Shown here one piece after another: positions 1 to 11,138 of a DNA stretch of 64,000 nt. The position numbers and the translations under genes are program-made. The DNA is taken from NCBI RefSeq assembly GCF_030013595.1, contig NZ_CP122768.1; one strand, 5' to 3'. A model generated the notes under the pieces. That model was not told the origin of the DNA and did not search any database. It saw only the letters and a program-made list of their open reading frames with translations. Numbering within the stretch: position 1 is the stretch's first letter; every line of letters begins with the position of its first letter. This DNA comes from Escherichia coli (GTDB lineage: Bacteria > Pseudomonadota > Gammaproteobacteria > Enterobacterales > Enterobacteriaceae).

Positions 1-1233
1 TTCTCTTTTTAAACTGTATGTCTTCTGGATTTCCCACTAACTGACTGAAATCTCCTTTCATAACTCTTTCGCTTGTTTCAAAGAGCTGTATTGCTATCGA
101 GTCGATTAATTCCTTTTTGGACAGAGATGCTTGTTCATAAAATTTGGTGACTAACTCTGTTGGTAACTTTCTTGAGACGACTTTAATGGACAGTCTCTGA
201 AATAGGTAAGGTGCCACCACGCCCACACTGAAAGGGTGAATCCTCCCTGGATTTAATAATTTTATTGTGACGTTTTCAAAAACTAGCTCATTGATTTTAC
301 TATTTATGAATTCCATTAAATACTTATCTAATGATAATGTTACCGACGCAACCGCTTCTATCACTTGTTTAAATGGCTCGCCTTTCAAGGATTTAAAAAA
401 CTCTTTGTTATAACCAAAGAAATCCACAAAACCTAAATTTATTCGATTTTCTTCTTTAGTATTTGAAATGCGAATTTGAAGTTGTTTTAAGTCTTCATCG
501 GTCAAGTATTTTAAACCATAGTCATCAAGCGCGTTACGTATAACTTTATCTGCAGATTCTAAGTCGATTACAGTTTTTACATTAAAAAACAATGATAACA
601 ATGAATCATACTTATGAACTCGCAAGGTTAAATCTGTTGCATTTGATGCGGTTACATTTATACGTCTCAAAAGATCAATAACTTTACTAATTGGTAGGCT
701 GTTTTCAAAAATTTTGAATGACTCGTATTCAGATACAACATCTTTTATATACTTACTGATAGTATGAGACTTTATTTCCACCTCAACTTCGGTTGAGTAA
801 GAATGAATTAGTGAGTTTGTAGTTTCAGCGATGTCATTTGATACATACAACTTATATTCGAAACAATCAGGAGCGGGAAGCAACTATTATCAATAATGGA
901 AAACAATAAAAATTTAATTATTTCTCTTAATGCTTGCGGTCTAGTTATTCTACCTTGCATTTTTTTACATTGTATTAAACCACTTACAACACCGTTATGG
1001 TATAGCACGCAGTCGCGTCCTCTTTCAGAAACTCCTTGCATTAAAGATATTGAGGATATATTTTTATGCTTTCCATCTTCAATTTCGTTCTTTACTAACA
1101 AATAACATAGCAACTCAAATTCTCGATCACCTAATTCTGAAAAGGGAAGCAATCCGATACCAGAATCTATAGTCCATGGTCTATATCCTGATTGAGCCTC
1201 GATATTAATTTGTTCGTCACTGATTTTTTTCAC
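1..1233 (-). pseudogene. Mrr-type PD-(D/E)xK nuclease-domain protein with a long helical C-terminal region; frame broken near 884-887; 3' end lies beyond the window
   Basis: ORF 808..1233 carries a restriction-endonuclease-like core (GDREFELL...RGRDCVL...IQCKK). Hand translation shows a different frame open from 883 down to position 1 (LLPAPDCFEYKLYVSNDIAETT...GNPEDIQFKKR). This looks like one gene split by a 1-nt frame change. Strongly AT-rich. Confidence 0.6.
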
Positions 1234-1548
1234 TTAAATCTCCTTCTAATCTTATTGACCTACTCCCTACATTGTAACAGGGGATGATGATAAGGTGTAT
1301 CTTTCGAGCTATAAGCACGATAAATAAGTGATTAAAAATGACTCTTTAAACTATTTTAATTTAAAAAATTAATTGTTAGTTCTAATTATGGTATGAGGGC
1401 ATTTTCGGCATAGTTCTAACCATATACTTTGGTAAAAATGACTGTTACGGAACAGACCATAGTAATGCCTGCTATTGGCACGGAGCGGGCCGCCTGAGCG
1501 CCGTGGGGTCTGCAAACGGTAAGCATACCGATAACTATACGCTTGGCC

Positions 1549-1968
1549 TTAGTAACTTTTGCTCCCCTCAATAAATCCGCCATCTTTTATCGGACTGCAA
1601 TGTCCTTCTTCATCAATCAGTTGCTCGTCTTTCAGGTAGGTATATCGATAGATAATTGAGCCATTATCCATCTCACCATTGGTTCGTTTCATTAGGAGAG
1701 TAAAATGTAACGGGCTGTCCCTATATCGAGCTATTCCATGAATATTGGCAAGTACCTCATATTGACGCTCAGGTGATAACCCTTTAAATACATCGAGATA
1801 TCCATGGAATGTTCCATAGAGTGAAGAAGTGTAGATCAGTCGCTGCTCTGGACCAGTAACTTTAAGAGTAATTTGTTCACCCGTATTACAGGTTAGCTTG
1901 GCGGGAAATGTCTCAGCCTGAGCAGAAGAAATAGTCAAGCTTAAAATTATCAGGTAGCAATATTTCAT
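1549..1968 (-). CDS. small secreted protein of unknown function
   Basis: Internal ATG at 1968 gives MKYCYLIILSLTISSAQA/ETF, a typical cleavable signal peptide. AT-rich cargo context. The 5' extension of the listed ORF is unlikely to be real. Confidence 0.6.
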   Translation of the reverse strand: MKYCYLIILSLTISSAQAETFPAKLTCNTGEQITLKVTGPEQRLIYTSSLYGTFHGYLDVFKGLSPERQYEVLANIHGIARYRDSPLHFTLLMKRTNGEMDNGSIIYRYTYLKDEQLIDEEGHCSPIKDGGFIEGSKSY

Positions 1969-2248
1969 GTGATTAGAATGTCCAAAACTAACATGTATAC
2001 TCGGGATTCTATAACTAGTTGGATGTAGACCCAAGATGTATTGGACTATTCTTCGGTTGTAGTTGGTCAAATCATATATTTTATGTCAGCAATGTCTACT
2101 TTTGGCACATAGCAGACCAGAGACACTGGCGTAAAGCCATGGAGGATCGGTGGGAGGAGGTAAAAATCCTCTCATGCAAAAAATACGCAAAATCGATAAC
2201 AGTTGGAAATCATTCAATACTCGCACTATCGGAAGTTCACCAGCCAGT

Positions 2249-2286
2249 CGTAGCACGTTCTTGCATATGACGTGGCTACGGGTTTC
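2249..2286. repeat. imperfect hairpin element, copy A (cgtagcacgttcttgcatatgacgtggctacgggtttc)
   Basis: About 33 of 38 nt identical to copy B at 3270..3305. Internal 9-10 bp stem. Confidence 0.65.
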
Positions 2287-2376
2287 GAGACCGACCCGAT
2301 CATCAAACGAAACATAAAATTAGCTCACATTATGAGGAAAGGTATCTTTTTGCGCTATGTAAATTCAAAGGGTTAG

Positions 2377-3246
<870 letters not shown>

Positions 3247-3269
3247 GTCTTTAAGTGATAAGCATAAAC

Positions 3270-3305
3270 CGCAGCACGATCTTGCATACGACGTGCTACG
3301 GTTTC
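3270..3305. repeat. hairpin element copy B; probable bidirectional terminator between the GIY-YIG gene and pin
   Basis: cgcagcacgatcttgcatacgacgtgctacggtttc has a 10-bp stem with one mismatch. It abuts the pin stop codon (3304..3306). Confidence 0.6.
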
Positions 3306-3858
3306 ATTTATCTCCGACCGGAAACTTCTTATACAAAGTCGATACACCCACATCGTAGATAATCGCCACCTTCTGGCGAGGAGTTCCTGCTGCAATTAAT
3401 CTTCCGGCTTGTGCCCATTGTTCTGGTGTAAGTTTGGGACGACGTCCACCAATTCGTCCCTGTGCGCGAGCAGCTTCCAGTCCAGCTTTTGTTCGTTCAA
3501 CAATCAGTTCACGCTCCATTTCAGCCAGGGCACCCATCACATGAAAGAAAAAGCGTCCCATTGGTGTGCTGGTATCAATTGAATCCGTCAGACTATGAAA
3601 GTTGATGCCTCGTTCGCGCAACTCCTCCACCAACACGACAAGATGCCGCATACTACGCCCCAGCCGATCCAGCTTCCAGACAACCAGAGTGTCACCTGCC
3701 GATAATGTCCTGAGCAGTTTTTTCAGTCCCGGCCTTTCGGACTTTGTGCCGCTTATCTTGTCTTCAAAAATCAGCTCGCATCCTGCACAGTTCAGCGCAT
3801 TACGTTGTAGATCTGTGTTCTGGTCATTTGTTGATACGCGTACATAGCCAATAAGCAT
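3304..3858 (-). CDS. pin: serine DNA invertase Pin (Hin/Gin/Cin family)
   Basis: MLIGYVRVSTNDQNTDLQRNAL... is near-identical, from memory, to the 184-aa K-12 e14 PinE. The start is taken at the internal ATG (3858). Confidence 0.95.
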   Translation of the reverse strand: MLIGYVRVSTNDQNTDLQRNALNCAGCELIFEDKISGTKSERPGLKKLLRTLSAGDTLVVWKLDRLGRSMRHLVVLVEELRERGINFHSLTDSIDTSTPMGRFFFHVMGALAEMERELIVERTKAGLEAARAQGRIGGRRPKLTPEQWAQAGRLIAAGTPRQKVAIIYDVGVSTLYKKFPVGDK

Positions 3859-3912
3859 GGTAGATCCCCCTGACAAAAGCAGGAATGATGCCATTTGCTC
3901 GTTATTTCTGCA

Positions 3913-3938
3913 TTTTCATAAACGTTGGTTTGGGAGAA
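3913..3938. repeat. invertase crossover site (pix/gix type), left
   Basis: ttttcataaacgttggtttgggagaa is the reverse-complement counterpart of the 5774..5799 site. The AAACC-N2-GGTTT core is typical of Hin-family sites. Confidence 0.85.
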
Positions 3939-4283
3939 GCGGCAAAGAGGAATGTGGGGACAGGAGAAAATCAGGTACCGGATATGAACAGCTTTGGTAA
4001 CTCATTGACCGCCAATGGATACCAGAAATTACCTGGGGGGATGATTATTCAATGGGGGAGTTTTTCTGTCTCACCAACCGGAGGAAGTGTTGGAACAGTT
4101 GATATAACATTACCTGTAGCTTTCCCTGCTGCTTGTCGTTCGGTAAACGCTCTTATTTCAACTAATGATCCTTCTGCCCGTTCTGTGGGCTTTGATATTG
4201 GAAGTACCAACAGAACTAAAATCAGATTTACTTACACTTCTGCTACAACAAATTCAATTTACTGGATGGCTGTGGGGTATTAA
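3939..4283 (+). CDS. alternative tail-fibre C-terminal cassette, silent in the present orientation
   Basis: The frame is open through the left crossover site (..INVGLGEAAKRNVGTGENQ..). Inversion would fuse it to the constant N-terminus ending ..ALENLGLGE. Confidence 0.75.
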   Translation, partial: AAKRNVGTGENQVPDMNSFGNSLTANGYQKLPGGMIIQWGSFSVSPTGGSVGTVDITLPVAFPAACRSVNALISTNDPSARSVGFDIGSTNRTKIRFTYTSATTNSIYWMAVGY

Positions 4284-4285
4284 CT

Positions 4286-4717
4286 ATGGAAAAGACATAT
4301 TATTTTAATCCCTCTGATTCGGGATTTTATATTTCACCAGATAGCCAAACCATTCCTGAGAACGCTACGAAAATAAACTTTACTATTTATTCTGAGTTCG
4401 CAGGAGTTGCATGGCCTGATGGTAAAATACTTGGTTCAGATAAAAATGGTTTTCCAGCATGGCAGGATGCGCCACCACTTACCAGCGAAGAATTAATCTC
4501 AATCGCTGAATCAAATAAACAGCGATTAGTTAATCAGGCCAACGAATACATGAACAGTAAACAATGGCCTGGTAAAGCGGCGATTGGTCGTCTGAAAGGT
4601 GAGGAACTGGCGCAATATAATTTGTGGCTGGATTATCTGGACGCACTGGAACTGGTCGATACTTCCAGTGCGCCAGATATTGAATGGCCTACTCCTCCGG
4701 CAGTTCAGGCCAGATGA
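4286..4717 (+). CDS. alternative tail fibre assembly protein (silent orientation)
   Basis: Directly follows the alternative fibre cassette. The C-terminal motif [13 protein letters not shown] parallels that of the expressed Tfa. Confidence 0.8.
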   Translation: MEKTYYFNPSDSGFYISPDSQTIPENATKINFTIYSEFAGVAWPDGKILGSDKNGFPAWQDAPPLTSEELISIAESNKQRLVNQANEYMNSKQWPGKAAIGRLKGEELAQYNLWLDYLDALELVDTSSAPDIEWPTPPAVQAR

Positions 4718-5294
4718 CATCCGGCGCGGTACTGGTATCTGTTGCCGTCACCGCGTCAATGTAATCCAGCACAGTGTTAAGTCGGGTGGTCTCTGCCTGC
4801 ATCAGCTTCCGCCCGGCCTGCAATTTCAGTTGAATCAGACTAATGGAAGCCATTGCAGTATCAATCAGTGACTGACGTTGTGCTTCTGCCGCGTCTACTG
4901 CGGCGCTATGCTGTGTCTCAGTATCCGTTACCCATTTCTCACCATCCCATTTATCGTATGGCGTTAACGGGGCGATAGTGGTTGTTTTTTCGGGGTAATC
5001 ACCCGGAGTTGTGATTTCTTTGGCGTCTCCCGTTTCGGTGTTATAGACGATTTCACCGCGATGGTCTGGTACATATTCCCATGAGTTAAAATCTGCAGAG
5101 CGGCAGATTGCATAACCAGCTTTGTAGGTGCCTGGAGCATCTAAACAGGAATATGCCGGAATGCCGACACCAACAGCAAGATATTCAGTTGAAGCTGAAA
5201 TATACTCCCGACTCATGACGTCAAAGTTATAAACAGTAATTTCTCCTGCCATAGTGGCAATTAATTCACTGTTTAATTCTGCGTTATTCATCAT
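4689..5294 (-). CDS. tail fibre assembly protein (expressed orientation)
   Basis: Tfa-like sequence ([25 protein letters not shown]...). ATGA overlap with the fibre gene. Confidence 0.85.
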   Translation of the reverse strand: MMNNAELNSELIATMAGEITVYNFDVMSREYISASTEYLAVGVGIPAYSCLDAPGTYKAGYAICRSADFNSWEYVPDHRGEIVYNTETGDAKEITTPGDYPEKTTTIAPLTPYDKWDGEKWVTDTETQHSAAVDAAEAQRQSLIDTAMASISLIQLKLQAGRKLMQAETTRLNTVLDYIDAVTATDTSTAPDVIWPELPEE

Positions 5295-6076
5295 GCGGCC
5301 CTCACAATATAATTAAAGGCGATGTTACGTGGACGATTTTCATTTGCTGTTGGAACAACATTTGCCGCCGAGAAGTGAACATCTTGTCGGATTTTTCGGT
5401 CATTAGCGTATGTCATAGACACATTGATGTTATTCCGGACTGAGGTACCTCCGTAAAAAGCTCCACTCACACTTTGAACATCGACAATTGCATTAATTTC
5501 GCTGTTTACGCGCAACTGACCAAAACCGCCAGTAATGTTTCGAATAGCATCTCCTTGCGATGAAAGCAGAGTTCGCCCACTATCCACACCACGTTCATCA
5601 TCCCAGCCACGAATAAACTCACCGCGTAAATCAGGCAATTTATTTGTCGGGTAAGACTTTGCCAGTTCCGGGTATTCTTCAGCAGAAAAAGCCGCACCAT
5701 TGCATTTCAGCCAGCCTGTTGGTGGAGTGGCTGAAGGCCACGGAACAGGCACACCAACGGGTAATGCCGAACCTTCTCCCAAACCAAGGTTTTCGAGAGC
5801 TGTTTTCACCGTGCCATCCGATTTGATATCGCCAAACGGATTCTTGCGGCTTAACAGCAGCGCACGAAGCGCGGTAAGCAGCTGGTCATGCCGCCCCTTC
5901 TCCAGGCTGGCACCGGATGCCTCCACAACGCTGCAAAGCTCCTCCTGCAACATGTCAAAGTAGTCATCATCCAGATCGGTGGCAGGCGTGCCGGTCTGGG
6001 GGTTACCACGGGTAAAACCGTTCTTACCCGCGCCGAACTTATCCTTCTGCGCGGTTTTCGTGTCTATACGATGCAT
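5291..6076 (-). CDS. tail fibre protein (constant N-terminus 5800..6076 plus invertible C-terminus)
   Basis: Ends in [11 protein letters not shown], the same type of terminus as lambda Stf. Contains the crossover site encoding [10 protein letters not shown]. Confidence 0.85.
   Translation of the reverse strand: MHRIDTKTAQKDKFGAGKNGFTRGNPQTGTPATDLDDDYFDMLQEELCSVVEASGASLEKGRHDQLLTALRALLLSRKNPFGDIKSDGTVKTALENLGLGEGSALPVGVPVPWPSATPPTGWLKCNGAAFSAEEYPELAKSYPTNKLPDLRGEFIRGWDDERGVDSGRTLLSSQGDAIRNITGGFGQLRVNSEINAIVDVQSVSGAFYGGTSVRNNINVSMTYANDRKIRQDVHFSAANVVPTANENRPRNIAFNYIVRAA
5774..5799. repeat. invertase crossover site, right (inside the fibre gene)
   Basis: ttctcccaaaccaaggttttcgagag, inverted relative to 3913..3938. 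Confidence 0.85.
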
Positions 6077-6079
6077 GGA

Positions 6080-6664
6080 TTACTCCGGATATTTAAAAAT
6101 CACATAGGTATGCGACGGGCAGAGTTTGTTAAGAACACACTCGACAACGGTGTCCCCCCAGAAGCGCAGCGCGGAATCACAGGGATCGCCACATGTCATC
6201 CAGGTGGTGTTGGTGGCGGCTGGCATGTTGACCTGCCAGTAATACCGCCATTCAGGCGCATTCACCGCGTCAGTACAGGCCGATGAGCAGGTGAACGTGC
6301 TTTTGTCGTATCGCGTGATGTTGGCATCCAGTCTGCCCAGGGCAGCAAGCTGTGCAAGATAAAAATTCTCGTTGATGCCGCCCGCCAGGTTAACCTTCGC
6401 ATCCAGCCGTTGCTGACGCTGGCGAAGGGTCTGTGTCCCTGTAGGAATACATTCATCCGGCAGGCCGCACAGACGCTCCCAGCGATTTATCAGTTCGGTG
6501 GTGGTGCGCGGATCCAGCTCCCGCATCAGGGCATCCGCACGCTGATGAACGCGGGTTAATGACGGTGCCGCACCGGCAATCGCCGGATCGCTGGCTGACC
6601 ACGCCGGACCGGGCGGCAACAGTGCTGACAACAGACGGATGTAATCATCGTTTGTCACGTCCAT
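6080..6664 (-). CDS. baseplate/tail protein (Mu gp48 / P2 gpI-like)
   Basis: Sits between baseplate J and the fibre gene. Resembles e14 YmfQ-type proteins (from memory). Confidence 0.7.
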   Translation of the reverse strand: MDVTNDDYIRLLSALLPPGPAWSASDPAIAGAAPSLTRVHQRADALMRELDPRTTTELINRWERLCGLPDECIPTGTQTLRQRQQRLDAKVNLAGGINENFYLAQLAALGRLDANITRYDKSTFTCSSACTDAVNAPEWRYYWQVNMPAATNTTWMTCGDPCDSALRFWGDTVVECVLNKLCPSHTYVIFKYPE

Positions 6665-7713
6665 GAAATCGCCCCCAGAACCGCCAGTTCATTTTTTGCA
6701 ATGGTGATATTGTCCGCCGGTGCAAGCAACTGATGGCTGTATTCCCCGTTCGCACCGGAAATCGCTTCACTGATACGTGACACCTTCAGTTCTCCCTGCG
6801 GATAACCATCACGCAGCAGGAACGAACGCAACTCCGCGGTGATGGCAGCCCGTATTTCCGGTGTGTCCGGCGTAACACGGATATGAAAATCCACCGTATG
6901 TGCCACCGGCCTGAACACATACAAATCAGAGCCTGCCACCGGGGCCAGTGGCCCGATATGTTGTCTTGCCGCCGTTTCCGTTGATTCTTCCGGAATGGGA
7001 TTAATCAGGTCACTGCTGGCAATCATCACACCGACAGTCCCCGTTCCCATCCAGTGTCGGTATGTCCATGCGCGGGTAATGCCAGGCACTTCTTTAGCCC
7101 AGACGACATAGTCCCCGTCAGCCCCGCCCTGCGGCGTCCAGTAATACCGCTCAATGACGCGGGCGCGCCACGTTTCCAGCTCTTCAGTATCAAATCCGCC
7201 TGTCAGGGTGTCAGCCACACCGGAAGACGGCAGACCATTCACCGGCGTGACCAGGATTAATGCCGTACCGTCGTCAGCGTTACCGACCGCACCTGCACTT
7301 GAGCAGGCGATCGGCACGCGCAGGACACCACCGGAGCTGATTGCATCGTCAGTTGTCGTGTACTGCACCAGGTCATCGCGCTGAATAACACTCCCGGCAG
7401 TCACCTTCAGGCCATCGCTGACACCTTCCCAGCGCATATACCCGCTGGCAACCGTGGCTCCCTTGCGCGGACACCGTTTCATCGCAGCATGTCGCGCCAA
7501 CCAGGACTCATCGCACAGGTCAGGCAGCATATTCATTGCCAGATAATCGATGTAACCGTAGACCGTATGCAGCGCCGCCGCATACACCTTTGCCCGCACG
7601 TCTTCATCCATGCGCCGGAGCGTGTCGCTGACGTCCAGCCTGGCGAATAAATCGTTACGGAGCATACTGATATTTTCTGCCAGCGTCGGGCGCTGAAATT
7701 CACTGTCCGCCAT
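6655..7713 (-). CDS. baseplate J-like protein (Mu gp47-like)
   Basis: Size, synteny and sequence character. Confidence 0.8.
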   Translation of the reverse strand: MADSEFQRPTLAENISMLRNDLFARLDVSDTLRRMDEDVRAKVYAAALHTVYGYIDYLAMNMLPDLCDESWLARHAAMKRCPRKGATVASGYMRWEGVSDGLKVTAGSVIQRDDLVQYTTTDDAISSGGVLRVPIACSSAGAVGNADDGTALILVTPVNGLPSSGVADTLTGGFDTEELETWRARVIERYYWTPQGGADGDYVVWAKEVPGITRAWTYRHWMGTGTVGVMIASSDLINPIPEESTETAARQHIGPLAPVAGSDLYVFRPVAHTVDFHIRVTPDTPEIRAAITAELRSFLLRDGYPQGELKVSRISEAISGANGEYSHQLLAPADNITIAKNELAVLGAISWT

Positions 7714-8128
7714 GCGTTATCGCACTCCACAGATCATCAAAAGAAATCATTACTGGTCCATCACGACGCCAGAGGGTGATACTGTTACCCAGCTCATTAA
7801 TCCCGGTGCGGCGGATATCCAGATCAATACGGGACACCACGCCGTCATCAGTCATCCATTGCAGGCATTCGCGGATATATCCCCTTACCGTCTGCACCAG
7901 CTGATTGGTCAGTTTGCTGCGCTGAAGCAGCCACAGTCGGGAGCCGTAACGGTCATTCTGTACCGCAGGCCAGGTATCCCCCCACCATCCCATCGGGACG
8001 TCGGCATTGTCATCAGGCTCCGCCCGCCGCCAGGTGAACAGGGAAATCACCACGGCGCGGGTCAGCGGATCCAGCGGTGCGCTGGCGCAGGTGCGTTTAC
8101 CGTTCACCGTCAGCCACAGTTCCATCAT
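7700..8128 (-). CDS. baseplate protein (Mu gp46 / gpW-gp25-like)
   Basis: Synteny between the V-like and J-like genes. Confidence 0.65.
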   Translation of the reverse strand: MMELWLTVNGKRTCASAPLDPLTRAVVISLFTWRRAEPDDNADVPMGWWGDTWPAVQNDRYGSRLWLLQRSKLTNQLVQTVRGYIRECLQWMTDDGVVSRIDLDIRRTGINELGNSITLWRRDGPVMISFDDLWSAITHGGQ

Positions 8129-8673
8129 GCCTCCATCGCTTTATCAGGTTTGTCGGTGTTACTGCCCTGACCGTTCTCTCTGTGACGATGCCCGTTATAG
8201 GCAAGCCGCATCGCTGACATGGTGGTGCCGCCGGAGTCGCACAGGTCTTTCACTTGTCCGGTCACTTCCAGATCCATTTCAAAACGTGCTTCAGTTGCAT
8301 TGCGAAACGTGATCGTTTTCCCTGCACCGTCCACCACGATCCCCTCCCGGGTCAGCGTCACAGACTGCCCCTGATCGTCATAGACAGCCACCTCACCCGT
8401 CTGCAGCCCTTTCAGGCGGTAGCGCCGGTCCGACACCGTAACAACCACCGCATGAGAACGGTCGCCATCCGGAAACAACACCACCGCTTCCGCACCGCTG
8501 TTTGCCCTTGCGGTAAAACCGTAGGGTTCAAGATGTTCAACCCCGGCTTTGGGTTCACCGGCAATCAGGGACACATCCACGGTCTGACATTTCGTGGCGG
8601 CACTGATGCTTTTCACCACGGCCCGCCCAATCAGGCCGAGAAGTTGTCGCTGCATGGCTTCAATCGTCCTCAT
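8125..8673 (-). CDS. baseplate assembly protein V / spike (Mu gp45-like)
   Basis: The C-terminal YNGHRHRENGQGS motif is typical of gpV-type spikes. Confidence 0.8.
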   Translation of the reverse strand: MRTIEAMQRQLLGLIGRAVVKSISAATKCQTVDVSLIAGEPKAGVEHLEPYGFTARANSGAEAVVLFPDGDRSHAVVVTVSDRRYRLKGLQTGEVAVYDDQGQSVTLTREGIVVDGAGKTITFRNATEARFEMDLEVTGQVKDLCDSGGTTMSAMRLAYNGHRHRENGQGSNTDKPDKAMEA

Positions 8674-9752
8674 CAGAACGGGTCCTCCTGTACTCTGGCT
8701 TTTTTCTTTTTCCGCGCGCCGGGGGCTTCGGGTCCAGGCAGATAAGCATCAGGCGGGCCGACACGGATTTCCGTCAGGGTGCCGTTCTGGTCCTGAGTAA
8801 ACGTGACTTCCGAGACAAGCAGTTCGGTATTGTCGAAACCACAGACCGGATCGAAGACAATCACCCGCTGGTTGGGCTGCCACAGCGTACCGTTACCCTG
8901 TCGCCAGCCCTGCACCACATAGGTGGTTTCATCCGTCCGCGCCGCCCGTTGCCGGGCTTCAAAGTCAGCACGCGCAATACAGCCTGCCCCCGTAGCCTGC
9001 CCTGTCTGCCTGATATACATCGGACGGTAACGGGCAATAAATGCGTCTTCTGTGCGGGCCCGCAGCGCGGTGGTGGTGGCCTCACCGAAATCATCGTCGT
9101 TTCCGGCACGCTGCCCCGCCACCTGGTAAACAGAAAACCGCTCCCGGATACTCTTCTCCGTATCGCAGGAAAGGATGTTTTCCCCGAGTACCAGCGCGGT
9201 ATGTGCCCGCGTTGAGCCAATACCGCCAATCACCAGCCTGCCGTGCGAGTCGTCGTAAGCCAGCGCCTGCTGCTGACCGAGTATTTTGTTGATCACCTCG
9301 ATCACCGTTTCACCGTGATCAGGCTGGACATCAGGAATAACACCCGACGGCGCACCGCTGTTCACCACCTCAATGCCGAAAGGCGCAGCAAGCGCCTGCG
9401 CAATCTGTACCAGCGATCGTCCGTTAAACTGTGTCGGTTCGGCTGCACAGTCAATCAGGTCAGCGGTCAGACTACGTCCGGCAATACCGGTGCTGACCGA
9501 ACGGGCATCGTAACGAACGGGCGTCGCCTCCACCCAGCCAGTGATCACCAGCTCATCACCAATCAGCACTTCCACTTTTGAACCGTTTTTAATGCGCGGC
9601 TGAAGCGTGGTGATACCCTCATCTCCCGGCCACTGGCGGGTGATCTCCACACTGAAATCCCGCGCCAGTCGTTCAACACCGGCACCGATGCGCACCGATG
9701 TCCAGCCATTCCACTCCCGGCCATTTACCCGTAGCGTGACGTTATCGTTCAT
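8673..9752 (-). CDS. Mu P-like tail/baseplate hub protein
   Basis: Synteny and size. Confidence 0.7.
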   Translation of the reverse strand: MNDNVTLRVNGREWNGWTSVRIGAGVERLARDFSVEITRQWPGDEGITTLQPRIKNGSKVEVLIGDELVITGWVEATPVRYDARSVSTGIAGRSLTADLIDCAAEPTQFNGRSLVQIAQALAAPFGIEVVNSGAPSGVIPDVQPDHGETVIEVINKILGQQQALAYDDSHGRLVIGGIGSTRAHTALVLGENILSCDTEKSIRERFSVYQVAGQRAGNDDDFGEATTTALRARTEDAFIARYRPMYIRQTGQATGAGCIARADFEARQRAARTDETTYVVQGWRQGNGTLWQPNQRVIVFDPVCGFDNTELLVSEVTFTQDQNGTLTEIRVGPPDAYLPGPEAPGARKKKKARVQEDPF

Positions 9753-11083
9753 TGCACTGGCACCTTCAGAGGGATCACCGGCACAAAGCCGGGATGCGTA
9801 ATGGCATTACGCCGGATAATGTCCCCGTCACGCGCCGCGTTATCAAACCAGGTCGCCGCCAGCACCAGCGCGGGTAAAACCTCATCCGGCGTGCGCTGAA
9901 TGATCCGTGCAGACTGTTCAAGGCGCGTGTTGATATCCGCATTCAGATCTGCTTTCACCCGGCGCAGCGCCAGAAACAGCGCATCACTGGTTGTACGGGA
10001 CAACTCCTTATCAATTGCCGTATTCAGTGTGTCGCGAATGTCAGTCAGTTCTTCCCACGTTGGCAGGTCAACCGTGCTTTTCACCGCCGGTGCATTGTTC
10101 AGTGCCGGATGCGTGACGGAAGGCCAGCCAGTGCTCTGCGCGGGTGTTGTTGCCTGCCCCACTGCGGCATTCTGCATCACCGCGGAAGTTGTTGGCGCAG
10201 GCAATCGGGTGACGGCATACGCCGCTTCGCTGATTGCGGTCGTACGAAGGATGCTGGCAACCACGTTACGCTGCTGTGTCGCCGTGGCGGTGGTTTTACT
10301 GTCCGTTTTCCAGACGCCGCGCGGTTGCAGATCGCTGCCAAGGCTGACACCGGAAAGCGTTTTGATCATGGTGACCAGGTCGCTGGCGTTACCATAAAGG
10401 CGTTTCCCGGTACGCCACATTTTCTGCACCTGCTCAACGAAATTTTTGCCTGACGATGGTGGCGGCAGAAGTACCGAGATATCCCCCTGCAACAGCCTGG
10501 CAGCATCCGATACGGCAGAATCCACCACTTTCATCGCATCAGAAACATACCCAAGCATTGTGCTGGCATTACCGACGACGTCGTTCTGCACAAAATCCGC
10601 CACGCCATCGATACTGAAACCGCTGAAGCTGTCACTGATGCAGTTATCCAGTGCAGAACAGGATGACATCAGCGTCTGCGCCGTCGCCGCACCTGATGTG
10701 GGGTAAGAGAGTTCTCCTGCTTCGACAAACTTCAGGTCAAAGCGGACAATACGCCCTTCACTTTTCGATGTGCTGACCCGAACTTCCCCGTCAACACAGA
10801 CTTTCAGCTCACCGTATGTCGGATGGACAAGCGTGCCGGGACCGGGTTTATTCAGCGCGTCAATCAGGCGATCGCGCTGGTCAAAGCAGTCATCTCCCAC
10901 CACATAAGCCGTGATGGACGGGCGAAAAGTGATTTTCCCCAGGTCTTCGGTATAGGGTTTGTCGCGGTTCGGGTATTCATGTGTTTCCACACGGCGACCG
11001 GTTCCCGCACTTTCTTCTTCAACCTTAAACGGCACACCTCGAAATGACGCATCCTGAAGCCTGTCTTTCCACGTCATATACAC
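9749..11083 (-). CDS. DNA circulation protein (Mu N-like)
   Basis: N-terminus MTWKDRLQDASFRGVPFKVEEES is typical of the family (the ORF track shows two extra residues upstream). Synteny after the tape measure. Confidence 0.75.
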   Translation of the reverse strand: MYMTWKDRLQDASFRGVPFKVEEESAGTGRRVETHEYPNRDKPYTEDLGKITFRPSITAYVVGDDCFDQRDRLIDALNKPGPGTLVHPTYGELKVCVDGEVRVSTSKSEGRIVRFDLKFVEAGELSYPTSGAATAQTLMSSCSALDNCISDSFSGFSIDGVADFVQNDVVGNASTMLGYVSDAMKVVDSAVSDAARLLQGDISVLLPPPSSGKNFVEQVQKMWRTGKRLYGNASDLVTMIKTLSGVSLGSDLQPRGVWKTDSKTTATATQQRNVVASILRTTAISEAAYAVTRLPAPTTSAVMQNAAVGQATTPAQSTGWPSVTHPALNNAPAVKSTVDLPTWEELTDIRDTLNTAIDKELSRTTSDALFLALRRVKADLNADINTRLEQSARIIQRTPDEVLPALVLAATWFDNAARDGDIIRRNAITHPGFVPVIPLKVPVQ

Positions 11084-11087
11084 TCCG

Positions 11088-11118
11088 AAAATAAAAAAGC
11101 CACCTATTAGAAGGTGGC
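11088..11118 (-). terminator. rho-independent terminator of the moron
   Basis: Minus strand reads GCCACCT-tctaat-AGGTGGC followed by TTTTTTATTTT. Confidence 0.75.
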
Positions 11119-11138
11119 CTTGTAATGAATTTTATTAA

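Larger units (their letters stand above)
3913..5799. other. invertible tail-fibre segment (e14 P-segment / Mu G-segment type), about 1.9 kb
   Basis: Bounded by inverted 26-bp crossover sites. Contains two opposed sets of fibre C-terminus plus tfa gene. pin is adjacent. Confidence 0.85.

Noticed and set aside
1441-1540. Short GC-rich patch (ggcacggagcgggccgcctgagcgccgtggggtc) in an AT-rich intergenic region. Considered a tRNA fragment, an att remnant or a retron-like ncRNA.
   Set aside because: I could fold no cloverleaf or long a1/a2 repeats. No reverse transcriptase or integrase is nearby. Only a 5-bp stem is present, which is insufficient evidence.
2019-2270. 83-aa plus-strand ORF between the secreted-protein gene and the GIY-YIG gene.
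   Set aside because: It overlaps the 5' end of the minus-strand gene, has no RBS, and is Trp/Cys/His-rich. It is more likely promoter and hairpin sequence.
4689-4717. 29-nt convergent overlap of the two tfa genes inside the invertible segment, considered as a possible antisense regulatory feature.
   Set aside because: It is explained by both genes ending with the same conserved C-terminal motif on opposite strands, as in other G/P-type segments. There is no extra structure.
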